NCBI GenBank assembly: GCA_951406725.2
Contig: OX597828.1
Location: 5,642,001 to 5,706,000, forward strand
Source of the DNA: Octopus vulgaris
Taxonomy: Eukaryota
Length of the DNA stretch: 64,000 nucleotides
Direction: 5' to 3'
Shown here: positions 10,369-23,965 of the stretch, one piece after another
Layout: every line of letters begins with the position of its first letter
How positions within the stretch are numbered: the stretch's first letter is position 1
Program-made: the position numbers and the translations under genes
Notes under the pieces: model-generated
Databases searched by the model: none
Told to the model about the DNA's origin: nothing
Seen by the model: the letters and a program-made list of their open reading frames with translations, nothing else

Positions 10369-13328
10369 TGACTAAAATGAATGTTATTGCGTGCGTCGGT
10401 CTGTGAAAGGACGATGGCAACCGCCTTGGCATGCGACCATTAGGCTATTAAATACATATTCACAGAAGTAGAAAAATATGTATTCATTTTAAAACGTTGA
10501 ATCCTCTAGAAATCAGTTGAACCCCCAGACGACATTTCCGAAGCCTCCAGTGAACAGGCGCAATGTTCAGAGCTTGGACGATTTCAAAGGTTTTATCATT
10601 TATTCACGTTTACGCACATGGTTCTGATATTTGCCTGAAATTGCAAAAAGCTACTCCATATGTGTCATATTTGTGAAACTCTACTAAAAGAGCGTGTTTC
10701 CATTTGTGAAGAGAAAACAACCTATATGGAACATCAGTGATTAAAGTTTTTCAAATTGAAATTGGTCTGCATTTCCTCTCATTTTCTATGATACATTCTT
10801 CAACAGTAAATGCAATTTGACCATTTTTAGGAAAGATTTTAAGCAGTCTTTGCATGGTTTTTTTTTTTGAAGGATTGATCACCATTTATCATTTGCTGCG
10901 AGAGCTGGAAATCATGCTAACGAACAAGATGTCATAAGTAGCTGAAAAGTAATTTGGTGAGAAAGGAACTGTAAACTGTCCACTCCTTGATATCTCAATT
11001 GGTGTTTTCCAATTAGGTCAATGACATAGCGATCATCGTTTTCGCAAGTATATTTAATGAAACTGTTCCTTTAAATTCATTCCCTAATTACACATAGCTC
11101 ATATTTTCCCTGAGGATAAAAACAAAATGTTAAAAGCTGCTTTTCACAATCAAATACTTTAACACCTATTCCTATGTCACTCTTGGGACATATATACATT
11201 CAGGGTCTGACAAGCATATATATGCTTTTTTATGACGAGGGTGGGTCGTAAAATACGTCTCAGAAGGAAAATGTTTGTGTATGACCAAATATTTTAAAGA
11301 CATATACTGTGTATTATGATTTTGCAGTCGTGAACATTTTCATGTATGACTAGTTGCTCACGAGCCTCATGAGAAATCACTCTGTTGCAATTATCTGTAT
11401 AAAAACACGTTTAATTAGAATGAACGCTAATTGTGGTGAATTTAAAATTCTTCTGAATTTGAATACCTCATTTAGATTATTTGATGTGGATAGCATCTGG
11501 GTTATGTGAAATACTACAGTCAATTATATAATGAATAACTTATATTTAACAACATATACAAATTAGAATTTATTTTCTACTAGAATGATTCAGAGAAAGA
11601 ATCACTCAATGTTATGTCTACCATTGTCGTTACGTCCTCCATGCATAAAACTCACAAGAACAACTATATATAAATTAAGCAGCATTGCTACGGTAGCAAA
11701 ATTACTTCGAAATATATCATGTTAATGGTTTCAATTTATTTTACGGAGAACAAATAAGCATCACTTTAGCATATTTTGAACTCAACTCTTTTCTTGAAGC
11801 TGATAGACAAGGAAGGCAAATATATACGCTACACTAATACGTTTCTGTTTAGAAATTAATCTGGGAAACAGAGGTTCATTGAAGATATTGGCCAATTAAT
11901 ATAAAATTGTTCATGATAGCATTTTCCAGACGACAGGGGATAATAACTTAGTTTAAATAAAGAAAACCACCTCTATCTTTCTCCTCTCACACTGTGAAAT
12001 CATCCAATCCATACGTAGTAATCGTAGAAAGTTTAGTTTCCTCTCGCCACATTCAACGAAGAGGATAGACACATAAACAATACGATAAACCACTGATTAT
12101 GTTCAAATTATCTATTTTTAATCTTGAATCTTCAAGAGATATATTGTTTAAGACAACTTATTTGCCCATTATAAATTCTGGATTTCTTTCATATTCTTTA
12201 ATGAGATATGGAAATAGCTTCTATTTCTGATCGGAATTTCGTTGAACATAAAATGAGCGATTCGGTAAATTTCATTTTGATTTATGTTGTTATCAGTTCT
12301 TACATTCGATTGTATCACGGTGTTGATGTTATTAAAGTTGAACTAGTGCAATATTTGATGTTATTCACGTGTTATTAATGTGTAGTTCTCGTCAATTTAG
12401 CTCTTAATACAAAGAACTTAAAAATACTAGTTAATCAAACTTTGGACAATTTTTCTCAGAAGATAAAAACTTAAAAGTTCTTGAACTGAGTCATGTAACA
12501 TTAGTTTTTGTTTTAGAATTATGTTTACAATATTACATCTTTGCAACAAGATACATATGACATTTGTTTTGAAATACCAGCAACATAAATATACAGACAC
12601 ATACGAGCGAGCGCGTGCACACACACTAAAAATTATAGTTATGGGACTTCAATTTTGATGATGGGAATTAATTTTGGTATCGTATCTTACCTTCAAGTAA
12701 AATATAAAAATTATAAGATATGTTATATGGTAGATTATATTACATTACATATGTTATATGCTATGGATTGTGTCGTATGGTGTGCTATATGTATTATTAT
12801 CCTATGTAACCCCTGCTTAGTTAGTCTGACTTCATCCTATTTTGGTGTTTACACTAAATTTCTTTTCTATGGTATTCTAGAGTACTAGTCATATTATGTA
12901 TATTTATAGGGATTCTATGAAAGTATGTCTTCCTTGACTATATCCTAAATGTCCTGGAAACTATAAAATCATACATGCAATAGCACCCATAATATTATAA
13001 CTTATAAAACCTCTTCAGTTTGAATAACTATAACTGCCCTTTCTACTGCCATATATATTACCCCCCCCCCCCCCTGTTTAGATTATATTTACCTTTTCCT
13101 ACTTATAGTTTTAATCCGCTGTCTCTTTAAATGTATGTTATATGTATTTCTGATTATTTTCTATAAAATCTTATTACTTTGTTATCTTATTTTCATATCC
13201 TTACCTTATAAATTTCTTATCATTTATAAATTTTTAGTTTTCGTGTTCTTAAATTGATATTTTTCAGTTACTTATATGTCTATGCAAGATATTTATACTA
13301 TATTCTTCCATATAAGCGTATAAATATT

Positions 13329-13365
<37 letters not shown>

Positions 13366-13699
13366 GCATATATGCACATATATGTGTGTGTGTGTGTATA
13401 TAAAAAACCCTCTTTGTATTTGTATCTGTATGCATTATTTTTACACTTTACTACACATACTTATAGCAGTACATATTTCCGACTATATTTATATTTTATA
13501 CTTTAGATTTTATACTTTATACTTAATTATGTCTATGTATTACCATTATCTTGTTATTCCGCTTCTGTTTCATTCGTTAATTTAATAGATAGTATGAATA
13601 TCTTTCCAGATATTCCATATGTAAGTGGCTTGAACATTCTTTGTAGAAACTACCTAATCATTAATTAATTAATTAGATAAAAAAGAGTTATTAAACTCA

Positions 13700-14260
13700 T
13701 TCTAGATAATAGCAATCTTCTGTTTCATGTTTTTAATTGATAGATACAAAGTTTTTACCTATTTTAGTTGTCATATCTTCTTTGGGGGGAATTCTTAAAT
13801 TAATTCTTTTTATACAACATAACAATATTGCTTATAAACGTTCCCCGATTGTGTCCCAAATAATATTTTCCCTGTATCAGCATTTAAGCTTCTTGGTGTC
13901 TTGCCCCTTTAACAGGTAATTAATAACATGATTTAAAGTCTACTCCTACCCTGCCTCTTTTTATAGACTTCTATCTCATTGACTCTTCCTAAAGTTTTGT
14001 TGCTTTTCTCTTGGGGAAAAGAGGATACCTATGATAATATATATGACTAGTAGCTAGCCATGAGATGTCAACTCACGCTTCTTCTTTATTCTAAATATGT
14101 ACAGTCTTCTAGTTTCAGATTTTAGTAGATGGTAATGAAATAGATATACTGGAAATAAATTACAACCCTATGAACCCTATTATGTTCCATGCTATTCTGA
14201 GAAATTGTAGTCTGTTTTCTTAGCCACTTACTCTTAAAATATTTAAGAATATTATATTAA
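13700..14260 (-). mobile_element. Possible very old LINE APE-endonuclease remnant
   Basis: Minus strand LRIAWNIIG (~14175-14202, cf. IxSWNxxG), followed by ..ETR.. and LNA...WD-like segments. Heavily decayed. Confidence 0.3.
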
Positions 14261-14889
14261 TGTATCCTACCTGTTGAAGTTCCATATATATCTTTTTTTG
14301 GTGCAACTGGAGATAGCATTGCATTAAAATTTAATGTAATTGCATTGTTCACTTAAATTGATCCAATTGAAACTGTCGAAATTTCATGTCCAAATTTTCC
14401 TCCAGAAATCTCTGGTGTTCTCTGTTGAGAAAGAGACATGCTTGATACCAAAGTGATGAATATTCTTCAAAATACTGATTTATTTATATTTTTTTTTTTG
14501 AGTCATTGACTGCAACTCTATTAGGCCTCAATCACCTCGGGTTGCACAATTTTAAAACGAATATTTCAAGTTTTCAGAAGTTTTTTTCATTTTCTACTTT
14601 CTTCTTAAATCAACTTTACTATCACAACTATGGAAGGAAGTTTTAACAAAAAGAAGTTATTCCGTCGTTAAAAAAGAGAAAAGAGAATTACTTAAATTGG
14701 CTGAATGATTTATTTCCTGAAGAAGAAATGATGAACCTAAAAGAAAAACTAAAACTGTATGAGGTTGTTGCTTATATTTGAAATTAATGATATTTCCAGA
14801 AATATGTGGACAGATGACTTGCATTCTATGTTCCAGTAGTGAATAATTTGGTAACGTTTTGATTCCAGTATCAATAATCTATTGATAAA

Positions 14890-14890
14890 C

Positions 14891-14965
<75 letters not shown>

Positions 14966-14991
14966 GTCTGTCTGTCTGTCTGTCTATCTAA

Positions 14992-15055
<64 letters not shown>

Positions 15056-15112
15056 TTATCTCTCTTTCTATCTGTCAAGTTTTTTCTTCCTCTTCTTCTT
15101 CTTCTTCTTCTC
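14890..15112. repeat. (TCTA/TCTG)n tetranucleotide tract plus short (TTC)n
   Basis: Read directly. Confidence 0.95.
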
Positions 15113-15324
15113 CTGAAGACGGCGGTAAGAAAGTGATAATCTTTTTAATTTTTTGCTTTCAGCGGTGGAATTTTAAAGTTTCATTTTGTATTTAACTGTT
15201 CCTTTAAAGCAATTACATGACTTCGCAAAATAAGGGTGGGATCGGCTTTTAGGACAGTAATATAGACAGGATTTCCCACAGCTTCCTCTCATTGTTCCCA
15301 TTCTGAACCTACGTAGGCGCAACG

Positions 15325-15480
15325 GTTGACTGGCACTCCGTCGGTTATGACGACAGGGATTCCAGTTGATCCGATCAAGCAACGTGAAATTGAGTGTTTC
15401 GCTCAAGACACATCGCGTCACTGGGGATTGAACTTACGACCTTACGCTCGTGAGCCGAATACCTTAACCACTATGCCACG
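15325..15480 (-). mobile_element. tRNA-derived SINE (family C), internally deleted
   Basis: Minus-strand head cgtggcatagtggttaagg (A box) ... agttcaatccc (B box). Shares gatccgatcaa and caagacaca blocks with 42885-43187. Confidence 0.8.
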
Positions 15481-16019
15481 GCTGCAGCAACAAATGCCAC
15501 GCGAAAAAAGAATTAGAATGCATAACCTGTGAAACAACACCACCATTATTGCATCATGTGACATTAACAGCGATTGTAAACCCAATAGAATGACATCAGC
15601 CCCAGCAAGGATACACTTTATCAGAACTACAACAGCATTACGACCACCATGTCAAGGGAATTTTCGGTGACCATGCAACACTTTCGCTACTACAGTTATC
15701 ATTTCTCCTACAACAGTAGATAAAAACCAACTGGAAAACGGCTTGTTCGACAGCAATCAGCTCCATCACAATTATATTTCTACTGAATGTGTGAGATCCA
15801 CCACCACCGAAAGGAAAAAGTTATATCTCAATAGTTAAGCCACCTGAAACTTTTGCAAATACAACTCAAGTCACAGAGCGATGAAATGAAAGAAGGTTAA
15901 ACGATTTCTCAAAAGGAGATAAAGAATAATAAAAACCTATTCAGTCACCTCATCGAATAAATTACACGACTCACAGTGATTTCTTTTACACCGGCGTTAA
16001 TAATTAAGAAGGTTTGAAA

Positions 16020-16440
16020 GAGCTAACCAGGACAAGTGGAAGTTGTCTGCTGCTCGACTGGGAACAAATATAAGTTGCGTCTCGTGACTGTACAAGTTCG
16101 TAAAATCGCTGTTAGATTTGGGTTTGAATTTGAAGCGAATGATCACACCTCAGTACCAATGAAATAGGAAGAGATTAACGACACCAAAACCTTGTTTCAA
16201 AGACAAGCGTACTGAAAGTGCCGCTAGGCACATTCCTTATCAAATTTAGTACTCGGTGGCTAATGGTGGTCGATGCATCTAGTGATAAAGATAAGACAGT
16301 CTTGAAGGTAATGCGCGCCAAACTGGCCAGGTAGAGTGATGACGCTATTAAACCAAATGAATCAAGTTAAACTCGAAACAGTCTGTAGTGTCATAGAATG
16401 AATAAACTGTACTAGTTTATTAATGACGTTTGTGGATATA
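16020..16440 (+). mobile_element. Possible decayed RTE-like LINE 3' end
   Basis: TNE.., GH.., VLEG...RP..R*SDD-like motifs in the expected order, with frameshifts. Confidence 0.3.
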
Positions 16441-17139
16441 AAGCAAACTAATGATATTTGTAAGGCAACCAGCAACCTAAGTATTTTCCGCTAATATCGG
16501 AGGGAAAAACGAACGGCTCCAACAGCTCCAAACACTAAAACTGATAAACAGCTACATGAACGATAGCGTGTCATAAAAACAACATTATTTAGTCGATAAC
16601 CATGCATAGTTATTGGAGCGGCAGAAAATACGTTTTGGAGCAGATGCATTGTCACTTTGCGATCTGACTTCAAATATGCTGTGCTCCTCTTTGGTTTGAT
16701 TCCCTTTGTTGTGTCAATATGATCAGATAAAAATTAAGTATTGGGTTCGGAGTAATCCAGTGTTTCTCTCTATTCAACGTTTCTGGTGTTGTGCGGCAAT
16801 TAGAAACCATTATTGATATTGTTACGGAGTTGGTGTAGTAGAAACATCAGGGCCACAGAAAAATATTCTTCGGTATCGAATCTTATCCATCAAAATTGAT
16901 TCTCGTAACGGACGGGCGTGGTGACTCTTCGATCGCAGGTAACGATATTTCATTCTTTAGGGTGTTAGCTAAAATAAATAGTTATCAGTGGGTATCTTAT
17001 ATAGGGAATATACGAAAAATTATCCCAACAGTTTTACATTGTTATATAACTTCAAGTTATATAAAATACAGCCATCAGGGAAGAGGCAAAATATAATTCT
17101 GCCACCGAACTCGATAAAAGAAATAAAAGAAAAGTATTG

Positions 17140-17346
17140 TTTTCAAATTTGGGCAGAAAGTCAACAAGTTCGGGAGGTATAAGTCGATTATATCGACCCC
17201 TGTGTTTAATTAGTATTTATTTTATCGGCACCAAAAGGATGATAGCAAAGTTGTCTTCGGAGGAATTTGAACTCAGAATGTAAAGATGGTCAAAATGCCG
17301 CTAAACATTTTGCCAAGTATGCTACAGATCGTGCCAGCTCACCACC
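17140..17346 (-). mobile_element. Nin-domain-type SINE (family B), near full length
   Basis: agtcgattatatcgacccc...tattttatcg...aaaggatga..gcaaagt...ggaatttgaactcagaa...gccgctaa...gccagctc. The tRNA-like head is on the minus strand. Confidence 0.85.
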
Positions 17347-17399
17347 AAACAACGCTTGCATATAAAAAAAATATGGGAGAATGGATATACAGGTTGTTC

Positions 17400-18200
17400 G
17401 GGTAAAAGGAAATGATTTTTATATCCCCCTTTCTTCAGGAACAGTGTGATGTACTGGCGAGTAATCAACACCGTTGGAGATCATAACGCTTAATGCTGTC
17501 ATTGAAAAAGGATTCCTGATTTGGAGGACTTGAATACATATGACTTATTGGAAAAGAGAAACCTGTATCATGATAATTCACGCTGGGCAAATGCCAACAT
17601 CCTGACTGTCGCTTTATGCACTATGGGCATTTGACTGTCGCTTTATGCACTATGGGCATTTGAAAGGTTTTAAGATGTAACATGGACCGATTCAACGGAG
17701 ACTACAAATCCATCACTAGGCCTTTAGGTGTTTCACTGGTAACCGTTATCTCATGTCACACCACATCAATAAACAGAGACATAAGTTCAATTCACACATC
17801 TATATGAAGGTTCTGGAGATTATGGTCGTCGCACTCTGGCTGGAGAGGGCTGTTGCTGGAAGGTCATATTTATGGAAGCAACATTTAACTTCCTTACTAT
17901 ATCAAAGGAAAAATCGGAAGTGTTCATCGGAAAATTACTACTTCGCCAGTCTCAGTTTGTGGTATCCTAATTCGTCCGATTAAAATTCCTTTTCATTTGT
18001 GTAGGGTGCGGTTGAAAAATACACCAACCACTCAGCCTGCAACACCTAAGCCAACATAAAAGTGGTGTTGGAAGATCTTCTCAAGGATATAGTGAGGAAC
18101 GCCTCCGGTAGGTTACGGAGCCGTGTTGAAGCTGGAGAGGAAGTTGAGGGCTGCTACTTGGAGTAAACTATTATCTCTCTGCTATAATCTAGTTCATATC
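17400..18200 (+). mobile_element. Decayed Tc1/mariner (maT-like) transposase
   Basis: WLERAVAGRSYLWKQ, LWYPNSSD (cf. WPPNSPD), GAVEKYTNHSACNT, and VRNASGRLRSRVEAGEEVEGCYLE*. These parallel the C-terminus of the copy at 62567-63721. The left boundary is uncertain. Confidence 0.65.
17603..17660. repeat. Exact 29-bp tandem duplication
   Basis: tgactgtcgctttatgcactatgggcatt x2. Confidence 0.95.
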
Positions 18201-19337
18201 TTTTGACTTTTCAAAGACCTTTATTTTGAATCGAATATTGTGTTTTCGTTTTTTTTAATGCAAACTGCCTCTGAACCGTAACGCTATTACGTTGTCTTGT
18301 TGCGAGTTGAGAGTGGGATACAAATTAAACAAGACTTCCAAATTTCTAACTTACTTGTGAGAGAGTAAAAAGAGGAAAATAACTTACCCACAGAAAAAAA
18401 AAAAACAAGAGTTATTTAGAAACTACAACTTACGCGCCAGTGTATATTTACGATTGATAGCCAGCGATAGCAAAGAAGAATGTGAGTGAGCAGGAGGAAA
18501 CTCAGAAAAATCAAATATGCTAGTCAAAGGAAAGAAAAGAATGGCACTTTTCAGAAAAGAATTGTTAACACAGGTAGAAGAATAAGAATCAAAATCTGAC
18601 AGGTATATTGAATCAAGGTAAGTTTGTACTTGGATATACATGACAAACGAAAAAGGAGGATAGTGGTAAAAATAGCCGAGAAAACATATTTTAATTCAAG
18701 CAAGACTTCCCTGGTGGAGAGATGCGTTGTTACTCTTAACTACTCAATACCTGCCTAAGGAGACTTCATTAGCAGAAATTTTAATACCAAACGTTGGCAA
18801 AGGGTGGTGTAATCCAAACAAGGCGATGATGTGTTATCCGGAGACGGGAAAGAAGTCGATATATTTTTCATATCTTATTTTATTCTTTTACAAGTTATAT
18901 CATCATTTGATTATGACACGTTTTCTTAGTTTTTCTTTTTTTTATCTATTACGTATATGTATTGTGTTATTTCATGATTTTTTAACATCTTTCTCTCCGC
19001 ACATCACTTGTGTATAACACCCTCTCTCCAATACAATTTGCGCCCTTGCTTTAACAGTTTTTGGCTTAGTTATTATTTTGCCATGACTCCTTGTGGAGAG
19101 TAAATAATAACAATTTCTATTGTTGTCCTTTGTCACATGATGTCTATTGCAGTTGTTATTTTTTATTTTCTCGCGCAACGACCCATTTGTTCTAAATGAT
19201 TACTTGGTGCAAGACTTATGGTGGACATCGGGATCGATTTTCATCAAGCAGCCCCAAATATTTAAAATATTTTCTAAAATTTTGTCTGTCAACCACGTAT
19301 GAGAACCTTTTCTTTCTATTCATATGATCCTTTCAAA

Positions 19338-19449
19338 TGATGATGATAATGATGTGAATGATATATGGACAATGGTGGTGGTGGTGGTGATGATAATTAT
19401 GATGATGAGGAGGAGGAGGAGAAGGGGGGTGAGGATGATGATGATGATG
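19338..19449. repeat. (GAT/GGT/GAG)n trinucleotide tract
   Basis: Read directly. Confidence 0.9.
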
Positions 19450-20090
19450 TAGGTATTCTGAAGTATTGTTTATTCTGTTACTTTACCGTTATTTTACAGA
19501 AGCAACTGTCTTCCCCAAATGTCCGAGGTACATTCTTTTGTTTTTATTTTATCCCTCTTTCTTCTCAGTAAACGCTCTCAAAGATTTAGTCTGAGAAACA
19601 TACATCACGAACCACCTCATCTCAAATCCTCTCTCTGCCTAATTCCTTTCCTCGCATAACTATCATTTCTTTTTCTAAATTATTTGTCAAAGAAACATGC
19701 CACGATGGACCTTTTCACTTTGAGTTCAGTTTTACTTTTCATTCCACTTTACACAGCTTCACTTTGAAATTGACAGACTTTTGAATTATTTAGACTGACA
19801 TAAATGTCTTTAAAATACATCAGTGTAAAATGAATGTAACATCTTTGATCTTATGCCACCTTGGCCAGGCCTGATCAGGAACTAATCATGATCAATAACA
19901 ATGATGTTCTCCTCTTCTATACGTGGACAAGGACTAAACACATTAAAACATACAAACTTCATACCGACATCACATCTTATGAATAAATAAAATCGATCTA
20001 TTTTCGAACTTTTCCTCAGAAGATCAATGTGTGCGTTTTGCGAATATTTATTGGCTGTGGTACTATATGATGAAATATATATGCATATAT

Positions 20091-20136
<46 letters not shown>

Positions 20137-20137
<1 letters not shown>

Positions 20138-20553
20138 CTCTTTTACTCTTTTACATGTTTCAGTCATTTGACTGTGGCCATCCTGGAGCACCGCCTTTAG
20201 TCGAGCAAATCGCCCCCCCCAGGACTTATTCTTTGGAAGCCTAGTACTTATTCTATCGGTCTCTTTTGTCGAACCGCTAAGCTACGAGGGAGGTAAACGC
20301 ACCAGCATCGGTTGCCAAGTGATTTTGGGGGACACAAACACAGCCACACAAACACATACACACACATACACACACATATATATATACATCTATATGACGG
20401 GCTGCTTTCAGTTTCCGTCTACCAAATCCAATCACAAGGCTTTTGTCAGCCCGAGGCTAAAATAGAAGGCACTTGCCCAAGATGCCACGCAGTGGAACTG
20501 AACCCGGAACCATGTGGTTCGTAAGCAGGCTACCACGCAGCCACTCCTACGCC
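20137..20553 (-). mobile_element. CORE-type SINE (family A), full length
   Basis: Minus-strand head ggcgtaggagtggctgcgtggtag (A box) and gggttcagttcc (B box); core ttgggcaagt; internal (TG/TA)n; 3' end ggtgctccag..gactgaaac with a (GTAAAAGA)n tail. Confidence 0.92.
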
Positions 20554-22499
20554 GACAAATATATATATATATTTGTATATATAAAGAGAGAGAGAGAATG
20601 TGTGTTTAATATATTTGTGTTGTTGTAAAGGGGAAAATTTTAGTTTATAATGGAATTCTTTTTCAGAGTGCTATCATAAAATCTGGAGTGCACGCTTATA
20701 ATCAAAGGGTTTTCAATAGCAACATATCGCTCTTAGTTGTGAATATAGCGTACCCAGAACCATATTTTTCGGTGTGTGATTCTATGCAGAAACGAAGAGT
20801 TTACGGTATGAAATTAATTTGCTTCATTTTTTCTGCAGTCAGCATTACTCGAATTATTTTCTTGTTCACAAAACCTGAAACGTTTCAAGAATGTGGGAAG
20901 CATCCTTACGCATGAGATTATTTGAAATAGTGACATGTTGAAAAGAGATCTCTAAAGATTCTTCACTCAACAAATATACCCCAACTGTTACTCCTTTCAC
21001 TGAGTGCACTCTCATGCTTCATGCTTTTCTTTGTACCTTATTGATAAAATTAAGGTTTTTGAGGTTTTGAAATACAAAGATGTATGGCATCATCTACGAG
21101 GTTTGATGTAAATGCATTGATAGAGATATGTTATAATGTTCTTAATAAGTTTGTTCAGCATCACCTCAGATCTCCCGTAAACACTTAAATGTTGCTGCAT
21201 ATCTATACAGGGATATTATAAGCAGAATAAACATAAAATGTACAGTTAGATTAAATGTTCACATATGTTTCAATAATAATTTCGTAATGGCATCCTTTCC
21301 CTCAGTTTTACTACTAAATCACAACATTTACAACCATATCTTACTCGAACATTTACAAACTCAAAACATCCATTTTATCACGACACATATTTTCTGTTGA
21401 GATTAAATCTAGCTGATCCATTTCTATGAATTGTATTTATAAGTACTGGTTAAGAGAAATCCCCTGCTTAAATTTTGAATGTTATATTCTTAAAGATTTC
21501 ACAAAGGGTATATGCAAAGTGAATATACTATTTGCATATTTATTCCAATATTGCATGCTTAACAAGGTATCAACAATGCATTCTTTGGATTAAATTATTC
21601 ATACATTATATTTCAATTAAGACCTAAGCATGCAAAATTTGCTTTTTAAAAGTCAAGATTTTGTATTAGATTTTAAAGCTAATCTGTAAAAGGTAATTTT
21701 CTCATTATACTATAATGTTAATTCATTGATTGGCCGAAATTTAAATACCAACATCCTCCATGGCACACATTCTTATTAATTTCAAAGATGGAAATTACAT
21801 GCCTCGATGAATTTGAATTTCAGTTTTTCCCTGTTATAAGAGCAAACGATATTTTAAATAATAGCTTTCAAGATGTAATCATCAATAAAGCGGAATTGAT
21901 TATTCATTTTTTCTATTGCTATCTTATTTTGCAAATAAGCGCGTTAGTGTTAAACTTAACTGTACTTGTGATACTTAAGGAAGCAAACTTCACAATACTA
22001 TAACACCGACTACTGAGTATTATTTTATTTATATATCTATGAAGTTGTGTTGCAATTTTAGGACTAAGCCAGGGCGTATCTTTTGACTTTCTACACATAG
22101 CAGACAAATCTAATATAGTGTGAAATATACAGGGTCTCAGAAGATGGGATCGTTTTCGGTGAAATGATTTCTATAAATTTCTGTTCCGTCAGCTTAGTCT
22201 TGGGATTAAATAGGGTCATAGTTATGTGTATACTGCGTTGATTTCGCAATTAATTTAGTACTATAGAAGTAAGAATGTACTACTTCTTCGTAGTTAAGGT
22301 TTAGTCAACGCTCACATCTAAACTAATTACCATAAGATACAGTACACGGTATGAATTTTCCACTGAATATTATATGTCTTCCAATTTCATATGCACGATA
22401 GACGTCAATAAATTACTATGTTGGGGACGTCTACTTCTGTTTTGTAATTTTGAGAGAAAATATTTGAACGTTTTGAATGAAGAACGTAATAAAAATATG

Positions 22500-22509
22500 A
22501 TACGCACAT

Positions 22510-22541
<32 letters not shown>

Positions 22542-22772
22542 GTGTGTGTGTGTCTGTGTGTTCACGTACATGTGTATGAGTGTGTGAATAAGCATGTATA
22601 TATATATATATATATATAATTGCACATACATTATCTCTCTCTTTTCTCTCTCTAAATATGCATACATACATGCACAACACACACATACACACTTCACATA
22701 CATACCTTCATGCATACATGCATAAATACCTACCTATCTACATACGTAGATACATATATATATACATTTACA

Positions 22773-22816
<44 letters not shown>

Positions 22817-22850
22817 TATACATGCATACATACATACATATACATGTAGA
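22500..22850. repeat. Compound (CA)/(TA)/(TG)/(CATA) microsatellite field
   Basis: Read directly. Confidence 0.9.
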
Positions 22851-22989
22851 CATGGATGCAGGTTTAGTTTTTGACAGAAGCGTTTGTGTGCATGGCATTC
22901 GCATGTTCTTCCAGATCAGTAAGAATGATGGATTAAATTTTCCATTTAAATTATTGCAGGCCCACAACTGCAGCAAATATGCTATGAGG

Positions 22990-23420
22990 CCACATGTTCC
23001 AGAGATCCTATGTTCAGAGGAGGTAGGATGGGTATAAGGGAGAGTGAAGCTCCAAGGGTGTATACAAGAAAAAATTATTAGAGTTACAGACAGGAATCGG
23101 TTTGAACTGCTCCTGTATGAAAGAGCTACGATATCAGCTAGCTCGAGGAAACAGAATCTATTACGGTACCAATCGAAAACACAGAGACTGGAGACAGCAG
23201 CGCTATTGGTGAGAGGCTGTTATGTGTCAAATGTTGATTTAATTCCAATCAGTCGATTTACCAGACTTCAAAATACATGTGGAAGTAGCATAAGCAACGT
23301 GCAAGCTGTTGGAGAAGTGCAGCTTTGATGTACAAACATAAAACTTTGGGGAGCTAAAAAGAACCACGGTACACATCAGAAGCCATTGACACGCATATAA
23401 GTTTAATGACTGATAGTGGA
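22990..23420 (+). mobile_element. Decayed RTE-like reverse transcriptase fragment
   Basis: ORF 23044..23328 and neighbouring frames give LQGC, ELLLY..(A)DI, L..AA, and DFK.Y..GSSIS (cf. QGC / LLYADD / FKYLGS). Confidence 0.45.
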
Positions 23421-23539
23421 GGAAGAGCTAGAGTGCGTAATATTTGAAGGCTTTCCAAATCTACCTCTGTAGGTACTGTTAATAGCAGAGTATGTGTCCT
23501 GACACATACCTCGTTGTTTTTCAGGCAATTATTTTACTT

Positions 23540-23965
23540 AATATTCTGTGTGATAAAAATCGATGCGATATGAGAGTGTGCGGAAAGGCAAATTATGTTA
23601 TTATGATTATATACAGTGAGATTATATACTACCGGGAATTTTCCCGAATTGTGAGCGACTAATCAATATTTTGAAGTTCATCAATCGATCGTATATTTAG
23701 TATTAATAGCTGGATATTTCAATTTCCCATTTGATGGATACGGGAGGCTTTTGCAGTATTTGCAATTTCTCAAGAAGGACGTGTTTGCAATTACTAACTT
23801 TATTTCATTATGGATGCTCTTTGTCATGGGCAAGAGGAGTAATTTTGGCGAAGATATTTCTTTGGTCATGGACTTTCCAGATGCGGTGCAACGATGAGGT
23901 AGATTTAGTTCTTACTCCTGAATGAGTGCATGTTTCGTGTTAGTATTCTCTGAAAATAAATATTT
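23540..23965 (-). pseudogene. Decayed intronless RecQ-like SF2 helicase (motifs 0, I, Ia, II, III), probably transposon-borne
   Basis: Minus strand, with frameshifts: FREY*HET (motif 0), KST/LIVAP/ASGKS (Walker A), KLLLLPMTKSI (Ia), KY.IDELQNID...IR (II), ICLSA (III). The motifs are in canonical order. Confidence 0.5.

Noticed and set aside
10560-10760. hAT/Charlie C-terminal motif (SYL*ET-like)
   Set aside because: Single degenerate motif with no supporting context.
14600-14730. hAT dimerisation-domain-like TTMEGSFNK
   Set aside because: Too short and divergent to support a call.
22955-22990. HICCSCG on the minus strand as the zinc-binding domain of the RecQ-like fossil
   Set aside because: The intervening sequence is better explained as a plus-strand RTE-like RT, so continuity with the helicase cannot be shown.
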